The notes below the pieces were generated by a model, which was not told the DNA's origin, did not search any database, and saw only the letters and a program-made list of their open reading frames with translations. From Podarcis pityusensis (lineage: Eukaryota), in the NCBI GenBank assembly GCA_964106645.2, contig OZ067051.1: DNA of 64,000 bases, one strand, 5' to 3'. The translations under genes were made by a program, and so were the position numbers. Positions 35,331-48,490 of the stretch are shown here, one piece after another. How positions within the stretch are numbered: the stretch's first letter is position 1; every line of letters begins with the position of its first letter.

Positions 35331-35982
35331 CGAAGACAGGGGAAAGAAGCTTCTAAGAGGGAGGTTTTTTGGGGGGGACAGCTGAGCTTGTTAGGCGCAA
35401 ATTGGCATCACTCCTTAGATGGGGTAGATCCCCACTGAGTGGTTCTTCATGGCCACCCAATAGCGCTCCGTAGGATCCAGACTTAAATTAGTACAGTATA
35501 GTACATACTGTAATCCTTTTGTGTGTCTGTGTGTGCAAATGCAGTTGCTTTTTTAAAAAAACACACACAACCTAAATCAATAATAAAATTCAAGTAACTG
35601 GAGGCAGCCAATATGCCCCCACCGAATTTTATCCTCACAACAACCCTGTGAGGTAGGTTAGGCAGAGAGATTGTGACTGGACCAAGGTCACCCAGCAAAT
35701 TTCATGGCTGAGTGAGGATTTGAACCGAGCATCTCCCAAGGTCCTAGTCCAGCACTCCAACCACTGCACTCCACTGGCTCTGTGTGTGGGGTGTGTGGGG
35801 GGTTTGATCAGTTTTGTCTAGGGTTGTGTAGTTGAATGATGATGATGGTTGTATTTTGTGTTTTCTCAATATTAATCATGTTTTTATGATGTAATACGGT
35901 CACATTTTGATGCCTCTTGCTATATTCTGACATTTTGTATAATATGATCTTAAACTACATTCCATTCAAAGACCTTACAGTA

Positions 35983-36207
35983 CAGTGGTACCTTGGGTTA
36001 CAGACGCTTCAGGTTACAGACACTTCAGACTCTGCTAACCCAGAAATAGTACCTGGGGTTAAGGAACTTTGCTTCCGGATGAGAACAGAAATCGTGCGGC
36101 AGCAGCAGGAGGCCCCATTAGCTAAAGTGGTACCTCAGGTTAAGAACAGTTTTAGGTTAAGAACGGACCTCCAGAACGAATTAAGTTCTTAACTTGAGGT
36201 ACCACTC
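35983..36207. mobile_element. Tigger/pogo-like MITE
   Basis: Same TIR family, TA TSD. Confidence 0.8.
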
Positions 36208-36239
36208 TACTTACAGCAGTCTTCTGCGAATGACACAAA

Positions 36240-36560
36240 TGTTGCAGTTTTCTTTGTTGTTGTTTGCATCCCTCTGTCTCGAGAGGCAATGGAGGGTGCC
36301 TTTGGGGGTGAAGTCAAACTGCTGCATTAGCAGCACTGAAGTGACTTCCCCAGGGTGCAAGACTGGGCAGTGTGTGTGTGGGTCCTGGGCTGCCCAGAAG
36401 AGAGGACCCCACTCCCAGCCTCACTGATGTGGTCCAAAGGAAAGGAATTTGTTTGGCACCCACTTGGCTGCAGAAGTTTCTGGAACAAGGCATACAAGGC
36501 TCCATCCAATTGTCTTAGGGACTCTGCTCCAGATTTGTGTAGGATTTACTCCTGCAATTT
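36240..36560 (-). mobile_element. RTE-related short retroposon
   Basis: The minus strand ends ...cctctcgagacagagggatgcaaacaacaacaa, an RTE-type 3' end with a (CAA)n tail. Assignment is from memory of the family. Confidence 0.4.
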
Positions 36561-38042
36561 TCTACTAATTGACTAATTAAACAATCCATATGACCTTTTA
36601 AACTGTGGAGGTTTATTGTCTTTGTTTGTTACTATAGTTAGTATATTTTTTGTGATTTTATATTGTAAACCACCCTGTGGTCCTCAGATGAAAGGCAGCA
36701 TAGAAATTAAATTGATAATAATAATTATTATTATATAATTTTTATGTTTGTTTTTTAGAGATACTTAATCACGTGGTTTAAAATGCGGCATTCCTATGAC
36801 GATTGTTAGTAGTAAAGTTTGGTTCCAAATGTGGAATTTGTATTGTATACCTTATATTGATTCCTTTTTGTTTGTAAATGGTAGGGATTTCTGTTGAAAT
36901 ATGCAGTGGGGTGTAAATGAACAAAAATAAATAAAATAAACAAGCCATGTTCCCTGACTTTCCCCCAAATTTTATAAATATCATGACCCTTTGCAACCTT
37001 CTAAGGACAACAACTCAAGCAGGGAGCATTATACATCATAGCATTGGAAGGGACCACAATGCAGCAATCTTTTGCCCAACGTGGGGCCCACGACCATCAG
37101 ATTAAGAGTCTCATGCTCTACTGACTGAGCTATCCCAGATTCTAGGCAGGGAGCATTATAAAAGGTAAGGGGCCCATGACCCAGTGAAAGCTAGCCAATC
37201 AGGACAAATGAGGTTGCCCCACTAACCTCAGTCTGCCCTGCCTGCCTTCCTACTTAACAACAGTTCAGTGGGTGGCAGTGCCTGTCAGTTTCCTTTTCCT
37301 TAATCTTGGAGAATAAAATGCAGAAGTAGAACCATGTATGCCTCCTTAAACTCCTTGGATGAAAGGTCAGATACAAATCTAATTACACCCTTCATATCAC
37401 TCCATCCACTCAATTCTCACTTCAATAAAATACTCTGAACATTGGACTAATTATTTGAATCACCAATAATGGTCCACAGAAATATTAAGAGCCCCCCACA
37501 CCTGAGCCCTTCACAGGAATGAGCAGAATACAATCCTATAGTAAAGATTGTATTCCCCATCCTGCAGTTCTTCAGATCACTGCAAGACCTGATATCCCAC
37601 CTCTCATGGTCACCAGCGCCACATCTGCTGCTCAGCCTTGCTTAGCATCAGATAACTGCTGTCAGCCCAGCACTGCCACCTGCCTGTCTGTAAAGTTGAA
37701 ACTGCAGCTCCCCCAGGGCATTCCTCCCACCCCCAGCTGGATGCTCCATATGGCAGCTGGCCTTGCGCTCATAGCTGCCTTGGGACTTGCACTGACTCAG
37801 GAGCAAACCTCTAGTTTTAACAACATTCACAATTAGAACTGGAAACTCTGCTAAAGCAAAGCAAAATATGCAGGGCATAAATCACCCAGTACCTAAAATC
37901 CCTCAAGTGGGTTGGCTGCTCTCAGGCAGTATGATGGTGTAGTGGTTAGAGCTGTTGGACTAAGAGTGGGTAGACTCAGGATCAATCCCTGCACAGCCAT
38001 GATGCTCACTGGGTGACCTTGGACCAATCATGCTCTCTCCGC

Positions 38043-38400
38043 CTAAACCATTGAGCGTCTTGGGCTTGCTGATCGGAAGGTCGGCAGTTCGAATCTGCGC
38101 AACGGGGTGAGTTCCCATTGTTTTGTCTCAGATTCTGCCAACCTAGTAGTTCAAAAGCACACTAGTGCAAGTAGATAAATAGATACTGCTGCGGCGGGAA
38201 GGTAAATGGCATTTCCGTGTGCTCTGGTACTCGTCCCGGGTGTCCCGTTGAGCCAAAGCAGTTTAGTCATGCTGGCCACATGACCCGGAAAGCTGTCTCT
38301 GGACAAACGTCGGCTCTCTTGGCCTGAAGCGAGATGAGTGCCGCAACCCCATAGTCGCCTTTGACTGGACTTAACTGTCCAGGGATCCTTTACCTTTACC
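38043..38400 (+). mobile_element. Sauria SINE inserted into an older tRNA-derived SINE (37930-38042)
   Basis: Core gcaagtagataaatag and tail cctttacctttacc. Confidence 0.75.
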
Positions 38401-38458
38401 TATCACACAGCCTAAACACTCACTTAAAAATGAAAATAACAAGGCAGCAGAAAGCATA

Positions 38459-38700
38459 CAGTGGTACCTCGGGTTAAGAACTTAATTCGTTCCGGAGGTC
38501 CATTCTTAACCTGAAACTGTTCTTAACCTGAAGCACCACTTTAGGTAATGGGGCTTCCCGCTGCCGCCACACCGCTGCTGCCCGATTTCTGTTCTCATCC
38601 TGAAGCAAAGTTCTTAACCCGAGGTAATATTTCTTGGTTAGCGGAGTCTGTAACCTGAAGTGTCTGCAACCTGAAGCGTATGTAACCCAAGGTACCACTG
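38459..38700. mobile_element. Tigger/pogo-like MITE
   Basis: Same TIR family, TA TSD. Confidence 0.85.
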
Positions 38701-40794
38701 TATTTTTTATGCAGCAACCCAATGTCTGAGCAGTAAGAGACACCAGCACTTGCCCCACCAGGGTTCAGCCACAACTGTGGGAGATGAAAACTAAACACAG
38801 CAAGATCAGCCATGCAGTGGGAAACTGCGATTGACTGCACCACGTCGTTGGTTGTGCAGACAGTGAAACAGACACATTCATAAGCATCACATTGATTATG
38901 TCTGTATGGTCGGGCTGCAGTTGTTGTGGTCTCTCCCATTTTCTCCACTGCATCCTCATCACCTCACGCCATCTGAGCAAACGGAGCTCCTTTGACGGAG
39001 CTTCCCTTCATTTCCTACAACACCGCAGCGTTGCCCAGGCAATTGCCGACGGATTTCCTGAGCTGCAGAAAATGCTCAGCCTTGCAGAGCTTTTTCTCAA
39101 GGATTCCGCCCTTCCGCAACCTTCCTTTGCAGAGTACAGGCAGTATGCGGGCGAGGAAGCGCGGCACGCGCTGCCCATGAGATGGCGCTTTGGATCCGTG
39201 GTTCAACTGCAGCTATTTCTTCCCAGCGAGCCTTTAAAAATAAATAGATCTCGCTCTCTCCTCCTTCTGCCTCCCTCCACCATCCCTGTGGGGGGATACT
39301 TATTGATGCTGGAGAGAGAGGACAGGTATAATTGGATGCTACGGTGAGCTAGCAACCCACCCACACTTGCCCCCCCCACCCCCCCCGCCAGCCTGCTTTT
39401 TAAAGCTCGGGTTTTCAAAGCATGTATCGATGCTGTTTTGCTGCGGTACGGGATTGAATTCTTTCCATGTTTTTCTGTTCCCACAAGGAAACAGCTTCAA
39501 AGACGACGGCGGAGGGGGAGAAGAACCTTCCCCCCCATCCCCAACCTCTGATGGTGGCAGCAGGCCTTTAAGGGAAGTTTAAAAATGCAGGAAGGCAACC
39601 ATTGCCTCTTTCTTTGTGAAAGATTAAAGAAATTTAAACTAGCAGCTAGAGGTTTTTTTTTTGTATCTGCTTTTAAATTCAAGAGAGGAGTGCCTCTTCA
39701 AGGTCAATGTGCCTTCCTGTTTTGCAGCCTCCCTCCCCTTTGCAAGACTCTGCATTGATTTTCACGAATGCTTCCAGCAGGTAAAGGCGTTGGAATGGAT
39801 TGCTGTCAACCATCCACAGATTTCAGGTCTCTTTTCCCTCCGCAAAGAAGGCCATTAAAGTGTTTATTCCTCTCTCCAGGATCATTGTGGCAAGGAAATA
39901 AAAGTCTGGATTTTTTGATTTTTTAAAAATTAACTATCATATTAGCACCAAGAAGATGATCCGAGACATAATCAGGCAAACATTGTTATACAAGGATGAT
40001 GATTCACAAATGATGGAACATGCACCACTTATAGCACATGGGGGCCCCAAAGCACACCCGTTTCTGCTCAGCAAGGCTGTGATTTCACCAGACACTTAAA
40101 GCACATTACTTCCTCCAAAGAACGCTAGGAAATGTCGTTTCTTCAGGGTGCTGGGAATTGTAGTTCTGTGAGGAGTAAACTACAGTTCCCCAGATTGTGT
40201 GGGTGTCTGCTTTATATGTGTATGTTGCACGTACAGCCTATTCCCTTTACTCTGAAAGTGCCTTTTTTTTTTGCGTACTAAAGTGCATCTTGTACCTTCA
40301 GCACAGCCAGGATGCTGCCCCAAGACCACCAGCCTCAGCTGGTCCCCACCTGCCTGCCTGCTTTCTTAATTTATTTGTTTCATAAAACCTGTGTGGTTGC
40401 AGGGAAAAAGTCAAAGCGGTTTGCAACAAGAATAAAACAGGAAAATTATTGGCAAAACCAGTTTAAAACAACTATTTCAAACCTTTGTAAAAAAATAAAA
40501 ACCAGCAATAATCTAAAACCGTAAAGATTCTACGTATCTGGGTAGGCTTGTCTAAACAAAAATGTTTTAAGCAGTTGTTGTACAGAGTATAGAGAAGGTG
40601 CCTGCCTGGTGTCAATAGGGAGTTCTAATGTGTAGGTGCTGCTGTACTTAAAAAAAAAAAAGATTTATTACAAATGCAGAACACGTATTATCCGGCACTT
40701 GTCACACTGTCAGTTCAGGAGATTGAAGTGGTCGAATGGGTTTATATGGGGTAAGGCAAACTCGCAGGTAAACTGATTCAGAATTGTTAAGGGC

Positions 40795-41245
40795 TTTTTG
40801 TTCTTTAGTCGATTAGTCGAGTCCGACACTACGTGACCCCATGGACCAGAGCATGCCAGGCACTCATGTCTTCCACTGTCTCCCAGAGTTTCGTCAAATT
40901 CATGTTGGTCACTTCTATAATACTGTCCAACCATCTCGTCCTCTGTCGTCCCCTTCTCCTTGTGCCCTCATTCTTTCCCAGCATCAGGGTCTTTTCCAGG
41001 GAGTCTTCTCTTCTCATGAGGTGGCCAAAGTATTGGAGCCTCAGCTTCAGGATCTGTCCTTCCAGTGAGCACTTAGGGTTGATTTCCTTCAGAATGGATA
41101 GGTTTGATCTTTTTGCAGTCCATGGGACTCTCAAGAGTCTCCTCCAGCACCACAATTCAAAAGCATCAATTCTCCGGCGATCAGCCTTCTTTGTGGTCCA
41201 GCTCTCACTTCCATACATCACTACTGGGAAAACCATAGCTTTTTT
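40795..41245 (-). mobile_element. Bov-B (RTE clade) LINE 3' fragment
   Basis: KAMVFPVVMYGSESWT.KKADRRRIDAFELWCWRRLLRVPWTA...RRRGRQRTRWLD...WHALVHGVT is the characteristic Bov-B C-terminus. Confidence 0.9.
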
Positions 41246-44200
41246 TAAAAAAAGATTATTAGTTTTACATACTCCATACTTCAATTACATATTATATTTA
41301 ACTTTACAGTGAGGCCCTATCCCACACCCCTGAAAGGGTCCCGATTTGAGCAGGACACCCCACACAGACTGTTAATAGTGTTTGTGTGTTGTGTGTTGAG
41401 TAGCAAATAAAACAGCAATGAAATCACAGCACACCTGACCATAGCAAAGCTACCACAACAGCTTTAAAGAATGGTGGGGAACCTGTGGTCCTCTCGAAAG
41501 TGCTGGACTACAATTCCCATCATCCCTCACCACTGGCCATGGTTGGGATTGATGGAGACCACTAACATCTGGAGGCCTCCTCCTTCTAAGCGCACACACC
41601 CCATTTATTTTAAAGCGGCCATAAAGTAAGTTATGCAAAATCAAGTCCATCTAATATATAGAAATACATAGCAATGTAGATGTATAAAAATATACAGAAT
41701 CAACCAAGTGCTTTATAAAGCTTCAAAAATCATGCACAGAAGTGCCTGCAGATTTTAAAGGCAGCATTTGCTATCTGGATAAACAAAGCAGAAAGGAAGC
41801 CAATGGAAATGGATGCATGCTAACAATGGGTTTTTACAACAATAACAACAACAACAACAATAATAATAATAAAGACCTGATAGGGACATCAATTCAGAGA
41901 TTGGTACCACATAATCAGGGGGATTGTCTTTAGTACACAGGGACAGTTGGTGTGTTTGAGAGATTGAATTGAATTTACTTTCTGAATTAAAACGCACACA
42001 GAGAGAGAGAGACCTGGATGTCTGGAGATTCCTCTTGAGCCCGGCTTGAATTGCTGTGGTCCCCAAAGGACTGTGGAACCATGTGCTCAATTGCAGGCAG
42101 TGAAATCAAACCATGCATTAGCAAGTCCTTAATGGGTTTGCTCAGTGAAACCCAGCTCCCTTCATTAATCAGGAAAATCCTGAAAGCTAATGATTTAAAT
42201 GCTGGGAATTAAGACTTACTGATTACTGGAGCTGGGAGGGGGGGCGGTTGTTTGCCTCCCTGTGGAGATGGGGAGGGGGGAATAATTTTTGTGCAGGTGT
42301 GCAACATGATAGCCTGAGACTGCTCAGTGCAGGGACCCCTGATCCTCAGGTCGCTGTTTTAACCACATGTTTTGTATGCTCTCTTCTCTGTGTGGCTTTA
42401 AAAAAAAAAAAAGGAAGGGGGGGGGACCCCTGATATTTATTCACATACTAGCATTTCACAGGTCTTTGACACATTTCCACATGTAGTTTCAGAGCTGCAC
42501 TTAGGAAATTTGAGACCCTGAACATTTCTCCGATGAAAATAGGGATGTCCCATCCGATAATGATAATTTTACTATTTATACCCCACACTTTTTACTGGGT
42601 TGCCCCAGCACTCTGGGCAGCTTCCAACATATATAAAAACATAATAAAACATTAAACATTTAAAAAACTTCCCTATACAGGATTGCCTTCAGACCACTTG
42701 GGGGTTGAATAACTCCATACCTTCCAACATTTCCCCAATGAAAATAGGGACATCCTAAGGAAAAGTGGGACATTCCAGGATCAAATCAGAAACCAGGATG
42801 GCTTCTCTAAATTAGGGATGTCCCTGGAAAATAGGGACGCTTGAAGGGTCTGGTCCTGTGCCTCTTTCAATGGTAATGCGTATCTTCTTTCAAACTTATT
42901 TCAAAATGCGTAAGCAGGTGCTGCTGAGATTGGTCTTACTGCTTGCTCCAGCAAATGGGGCCTGCTTTCTCGCTCCCAAATCCTGTTCTGACTACACCGC
43001 TGGGAAATTCCAGGCTGCGTTAATGCTCCATGGCCTCAGATCCACACCACACATTTAAAGTCCATTCAGTGCACATTGCTTTCCCCCAAATAATCCTGGG
43101 AATTGTAGCTGTGTGAGAGGGAAGCTACAGTTCCCAGGATTCTTTTGGAGGAGTCATGTGCTTTAAATTGTTGTTGCTGTTGTTGTTGTTATGCAATAGG
43201 ACATCCCTATTTTCACTGGAGAAATGTTGGTGTGTATGGATGCTGCCATCGTCTCTCTCAGAAGCCCTTCTCTGTGTGCCCCACCCAAGGGTGGCTACAC
43301 AAAAATAGGCCTTTCCTGTGATACTCTCCTCAGGGAAACGTGGCTGGCACCATCATTTTAAGTTTTCAAGCGCCAGGCTAAGACATTTACATTTTCTCTG
43401 ACCTTTGGTAATTAAGTGGGCCCCTATGATGGTACTCATTTCTTTAACGGGGTTGCAAAGACTTTTCCTTATTAATATGTTATTGCGTGAGCAGTTTATG
43501 TCTTTTTGCATCTATTGTTTTAACTTCTCTGGTTTAAATCGTTTCACCTGTAGTATTTTATCTTGTCGAGCAGCTTTGAAACTTTTCCTTTTGTATAAAG
43601 TGATTAATTAACACCATTAAATAATCACAATATACTATTTTTACTGCGCTGTGGGACAGGGTTTGGAATGTCCTCCTCAGGTGACGAGGTGTTTTGGATC
43701 AGATAGGCTGCCATCAGTATTGAGTTAAGAAGATCTAGCTCTGTAGCCAGAATCTGGTATCTTGCATCATTTCATGCTGTGTTCGATTCATGGGCGAAAA
43801 GGTAGAGTGTTAATCACAAGACCTGCTCCCTGCCTCCAGTGTTAGACAAATCACGAAGGCTTACGAAGAAGCGTCCAGAGCTGTTTGTTCCTTTGACTAA
43901 AGAGTTAACATCACAAACGTTGCATGAGCTTTTACTGACCTGCTTCCTCACAAAGAGGTCTTTTCGTAGCCAAACAGCACATTGAACAAGCCGCATTTGC
44001 AGCGAAGAATTAGCTGGTGGTTGATGCTGTCATTCCCAACCCACAACATCCTTGCACAGGTCGTTTTCCCCCTGTAGCACCATCAGGACAGGCTTTTGGG
44101 GAACGCGTGTCCAGGGCTACACTCAGCAGAAGGAACACAAGGTCCCCCAAACACAGCGAGGCCACGTTACCATCTAAAGAGCTCTTCCCCCAAGTAAAAG

Positions 44201-47200
44201 CGCTGAGTCCAGAGTCTAAGATTAAGTGTACCTCTGCCTCTCTCCACTCCAGCCAGCCTTACACCTGATCTGGGAGCCTAGCAGGAGTGTTGGGAAGGAA
44301 CAGTCAACTGTAGAAGTGGTGCAAGAGGGAGGCAGAATTAATAAAAATCCATCTGCCTTGTTGTCTCCTAACACACAGCTAATTTTTCAGTAGTTTCAGG
44401 ATTTCTTCAGTATGTTCCCCAAGGCCTAGTGGTGTCGATTTGCTGCCTCCCCATATTCCCTCCACCACCCCAACATTAGGCCTGCCTCAGCAGGGTAGAA
44501 ACTTTTTCTGAGCCCAAGTGTAACTTCAACAAGCACAAACCTGCAGACTCCAAAATAAACAGGAAGAAGGCTGCGATGTGACAATTAACTGCGTGACAAA
44601 AACATGCCACTGTTTCCCCCTTGTTTTTTGTTTTGACGGCTGTTCAGCAGTACTATGCTTGCCTTGATTGTACGGGTTCAAATGACAGGCAGGTATTTGC
44701 AGAAACACACCTTGGTGTATGGAAAGATTGTGGGTGAGGACCTGGAACAATTCTGAAAGTAGAAGTCGCATGGACCTCTGCAGCGCTCACAAGAAATACC
44801 GTACTTTGAAGGTGCAAGCTTATACTTGCCTGCTCAGAAATACATCCTGGTGAGACGTACTTCCCAGAGACGTGTATTGAGTTTACAACCTCAGCCACAA
44901 CAAATATGGAACAGGGCAGCTATTGCCATGCAAAATAGGGAGTGGCTCTATCCTGGCTGGTACTCTTCTACCCTGTAAAAAAAAAAAAAAAATGAGCACA
45001 CTTGCTCTTTACTAAATGCATGGTGGCAATCTATTCAGTTCATTGCAATCATTCTGTATTTTCCAGGAATGGTTGCTGCTGACATTTTTTAAGCTTCCTC
45101 ACCTGCATTCAATAGCCAGCTGCTATACAGGTATTTAGCAGGTGAGGTGAGGGACTTGAGTGGTGATCTCAGCGTACCCAAGGACAGCTGAAACAGACTG
45201 TTTATATTTATTTAAATAATGTACAAACCATGCTTCATTAAAACATTGTGGTAGTGTACAAAGATGAAATAAACAAAACCCAAAGCATAAAAACACTGTT
45301 GCACACCACTCTAATCTCTGAGCAGTGCAAGATTCCAGGGGTTACAGGTGCTTACCCCGGGTTCGTGTTTCCTTTTGGCAATGAGGCACAGAGAAGAGTG
45401 TGGTGTCATTATACTATATGTTTTATTTACACGTATAGACAACCTGAGTCTGTGATGGAGGGTTTCATAGCATCAACACCCCAAAGCTTCCTGTTTCTGC
45501 CATAGCTGCAGCTTTGGATTCAAACAGAAATCAAATATTGTTCTTTGACCCTCTCTCAAACTTTCTGCTTTACTTCTAGGTCACATCACTGCTACCTCTG
45601 CAATCTCTGGCTTTATCTCCACCTATCTGCTGTCTCCCACAGAGCCCCTTAATGGTTCATCACCCAGGCTATCACCTCACCAGGAAACTAGCTTGGCTTG
45701 ATTAGATTTTAGCACTTGTTGGATCTAGGGATTAGAGGGGTCTGGCACTCGCAAACTCATAAAAATACACTAAATCCATCTGTACAGCCAACAGGAACAA
45801 TGTACAACAATGCTACTCTGAAAAAGTCTGGTTGATTAAAAATAAATAAATTAAAAATTGAATTGTTGGTGCTATCCTAAATTCCAGAGCGAGCCTGTCC
45901 CAAAGTAGTTTGTTAAGGTTTGTTGGGAACTGTAACTCTGCGAAGGGTAAACTACAGAGCCCAGAATTCTGAGTGCTCTGGAAGTGTTTTAAAAGTATTG
46001 CTTGTACTCAGCTTCTCATCCTAGCCCACCTCTCAGTATTGTTATGAAAATAAAACAGCCCTATTTACACTACCTGTGGCATATGCCATTATTGGAGGGT
46101 GGCTGGCATACTAATAAGTTGTACATGAAATGTGTGGAGGTGCCAAAGCACATCATTTTGTATGCTGAACGTCCAAGGAAAAATATGCTCTCCAGTTAAG
46201 GCAGGGGTGGGATCCTCAGCCCCTACCCAGGTGCCTTTTTCCAGACCTTGGGACCTTTCCGCAAGCCACAGCCTTCACTGGCCCTGCTCTGCACAGTCCT
46301 TGAGGATTTTTGCAAGGCTGAAAGATGTCCTTGAATTGTGCCAGGATGAAGAGATATGGTGTGCTTATCAATCGGAAGTTTGGAACCGTTGACTTTTGTA
46401 TGGCTGGCATCTAGTCTATTACACAAGTAGTCATGTCTGTCGCTCTGCTCACTTTTGCTTCTTAACCCACCACTGGAATGTGGCTCTCAAATGGGAAAAT
46501 GTTCACCACCCAGGCATTTAAAGGACCCCCCCCCCCAGTGGCAGGCTAAGGGGAAAAACCCACTCCTCCTTTACCTGAGATTCTGGACAGCCATGTCTAG
46601 CCAGGGGAGACAAGAGGGCTAGATGGATCAAAGGTCTGGTTCAACAAAAGTGAGCTTTTTATGTTTACATCACAGGACTTTGAAACACAAGTGACATCTT
46701 ATTAATCACACCCCCAAACCCTCAACCCACTGGAGGCCCCAGGTACTAACTTTGTGCTAGTACATGAAGGCATGCCATCATAAAATTTGTGTTAAAAGTC
46801 TTTGAGATGCCTAAAATACTATTTGCTGTTTGCTGCAATGCACTAAACACTCCTGCCCCTGCGGAACAAGAACTCTGCTGCCTTATTAACTCCGAATGCA
46901 CTCCTGTATTTTATAGGCAAACACACATATATACATACACACAGTACTGTATATAGAAACTATTATATGTGGGGCATGGTTCAGGAGGGCGGAGAAACGG
47001 CTCTTCCCGCTACTGTATATGTTCACACCACCCGAAGGAAATCCTTTAGATTTAACAAATGCAAGGCACAGCGGCGACGGCAGGGAGGGAAGCCTCTACT
47101 CTTCCATTGCTCGTGTGAAGGAAGAGTTGCCCAGGAGAACGCAAAAACAGCACGTGGAGAACCACAAGGGAGGCGGCAGCAAGGTCAGCTGGGTGGAGGA

Positions 47201-48367
47201 AACGCAATTGCCCAGCAGGGCTTGCTCTGGCTGCACTGGTGTGTCGGCAAGCGGGGCAGAGGTTTGAATCTGCAGAACCGCAGCCGGGCAAGAAGAAAAC
47301 GGGGCATTTGACAAGGGCTAATTAAGCATCATCCAGCTCAGCTCCTCCCTCCTTGCAAGGAATCACTGGGGTAACAGAGAAGCTGCAAAGTTAAGCGGAT
47401 ATGACAGCAGCGGCGCTCTGTGTCCCCCCCCCATCCCGCACATCCTGCTTGCTGCCTGGGGGAAGGCGGCCCCTTTGCCCTGACATCGCTTCCCCAGCCA
47501 ATCAGCAACCCGGTGGCATGAGAGCGGCGGGCGGCCCCTCCAATCGACAACCCCGCACCGCGGCATGTGCTCCTTTCCCCCCTTGCCCTCCCCCTCCTTT
47601 TCGGTTTCCCAACTTCCTTTGTCAATCAACGGGGCCCGAGGGTGGGACGGGCCCAGGCGAACCCGCCTTTTCTTTCCCTCGCCTCCTCCCGCTGTAAGGG
47701 AAGGCGGCGGCGGCCAATGGCAAACGGGAGAGAGGAGGGACATAAGCCGACGGCTACCAATAGGGCCGCATCCGCCGGGCCTCCTTGCGGTTCATGGGCG
47801 AAGCGCTGTTCTCTCTCTCTCCCTCTCTCTCGTTTTTCTCTCTCTCCCTCTCCCCCCCCTCCGCACCCCCGCTCCTTTCCCAGTTGGTTTGTCCCGCTAC
47901 GGGCCTGGCAGGGCTTCGATTGAGTTCGCTCCGTCTTTTGAGGAGAGGACCATTACACATCGCAGAAAAGGGGTGGGGGGCGAGAAAGGGAATGAGATGA
48001 GAGAGAGAGATTTAAAGAGACACGAACCCCGGCGAGCTCGCGAGGCTGACTGACTTGAGGGGGAACCGGAGGCGAAGAACACACCCCTCTGAGCCGGCCG
48101 CCCAGCAGCGGCACCCGCGCCCCTCGCCGCCGCCGCCGCCGCCAGGGCTTCCCCCTCTCTCTCCCCCTCGTCCCCGCTCCTCCTTCTCCCGTGAGGCCTC
48201 CATGAGGTAGCGCGCGGCGGCGGCGGCGGCGGCGGGCAGCGAAGATTCTCCTCAGCCCGCCTCTCTCTCTTTGCCCTCATCTTTGTGGCGCTCTGCCTCC
48301 TCAGTGGCGTCGTCGGCGTCGGCGCTTTGTTCGGAGCAGCCGGGGGCGGGGCGGGGTTGAGGCGAAA

Positions 48368-48490
48368 GCGGCGGCGAGGAGGCGGCGGCGGCGAAGGAGA
48401 AGGAGGAGAAGAAGAGGCGCAGGAGGAGAGTGAAGAGGGAGGAAGAAGAGGAGGAATCCGAGGAGGAGGAGGAGGAGGAAGAAGAGGAGC
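48368..48490 (+). repeat. GGC/GAG/GAA low-complexity tract upstream of the USP22 CDS
   Basis: Purine-rich triplet repeats. Confidence 0.85.

Noticed and set aside
44640-44900. Coding-looking unique stretch
   Set aside because: Stops in all plus frames, no recognisable homology, and no clear splice sites.
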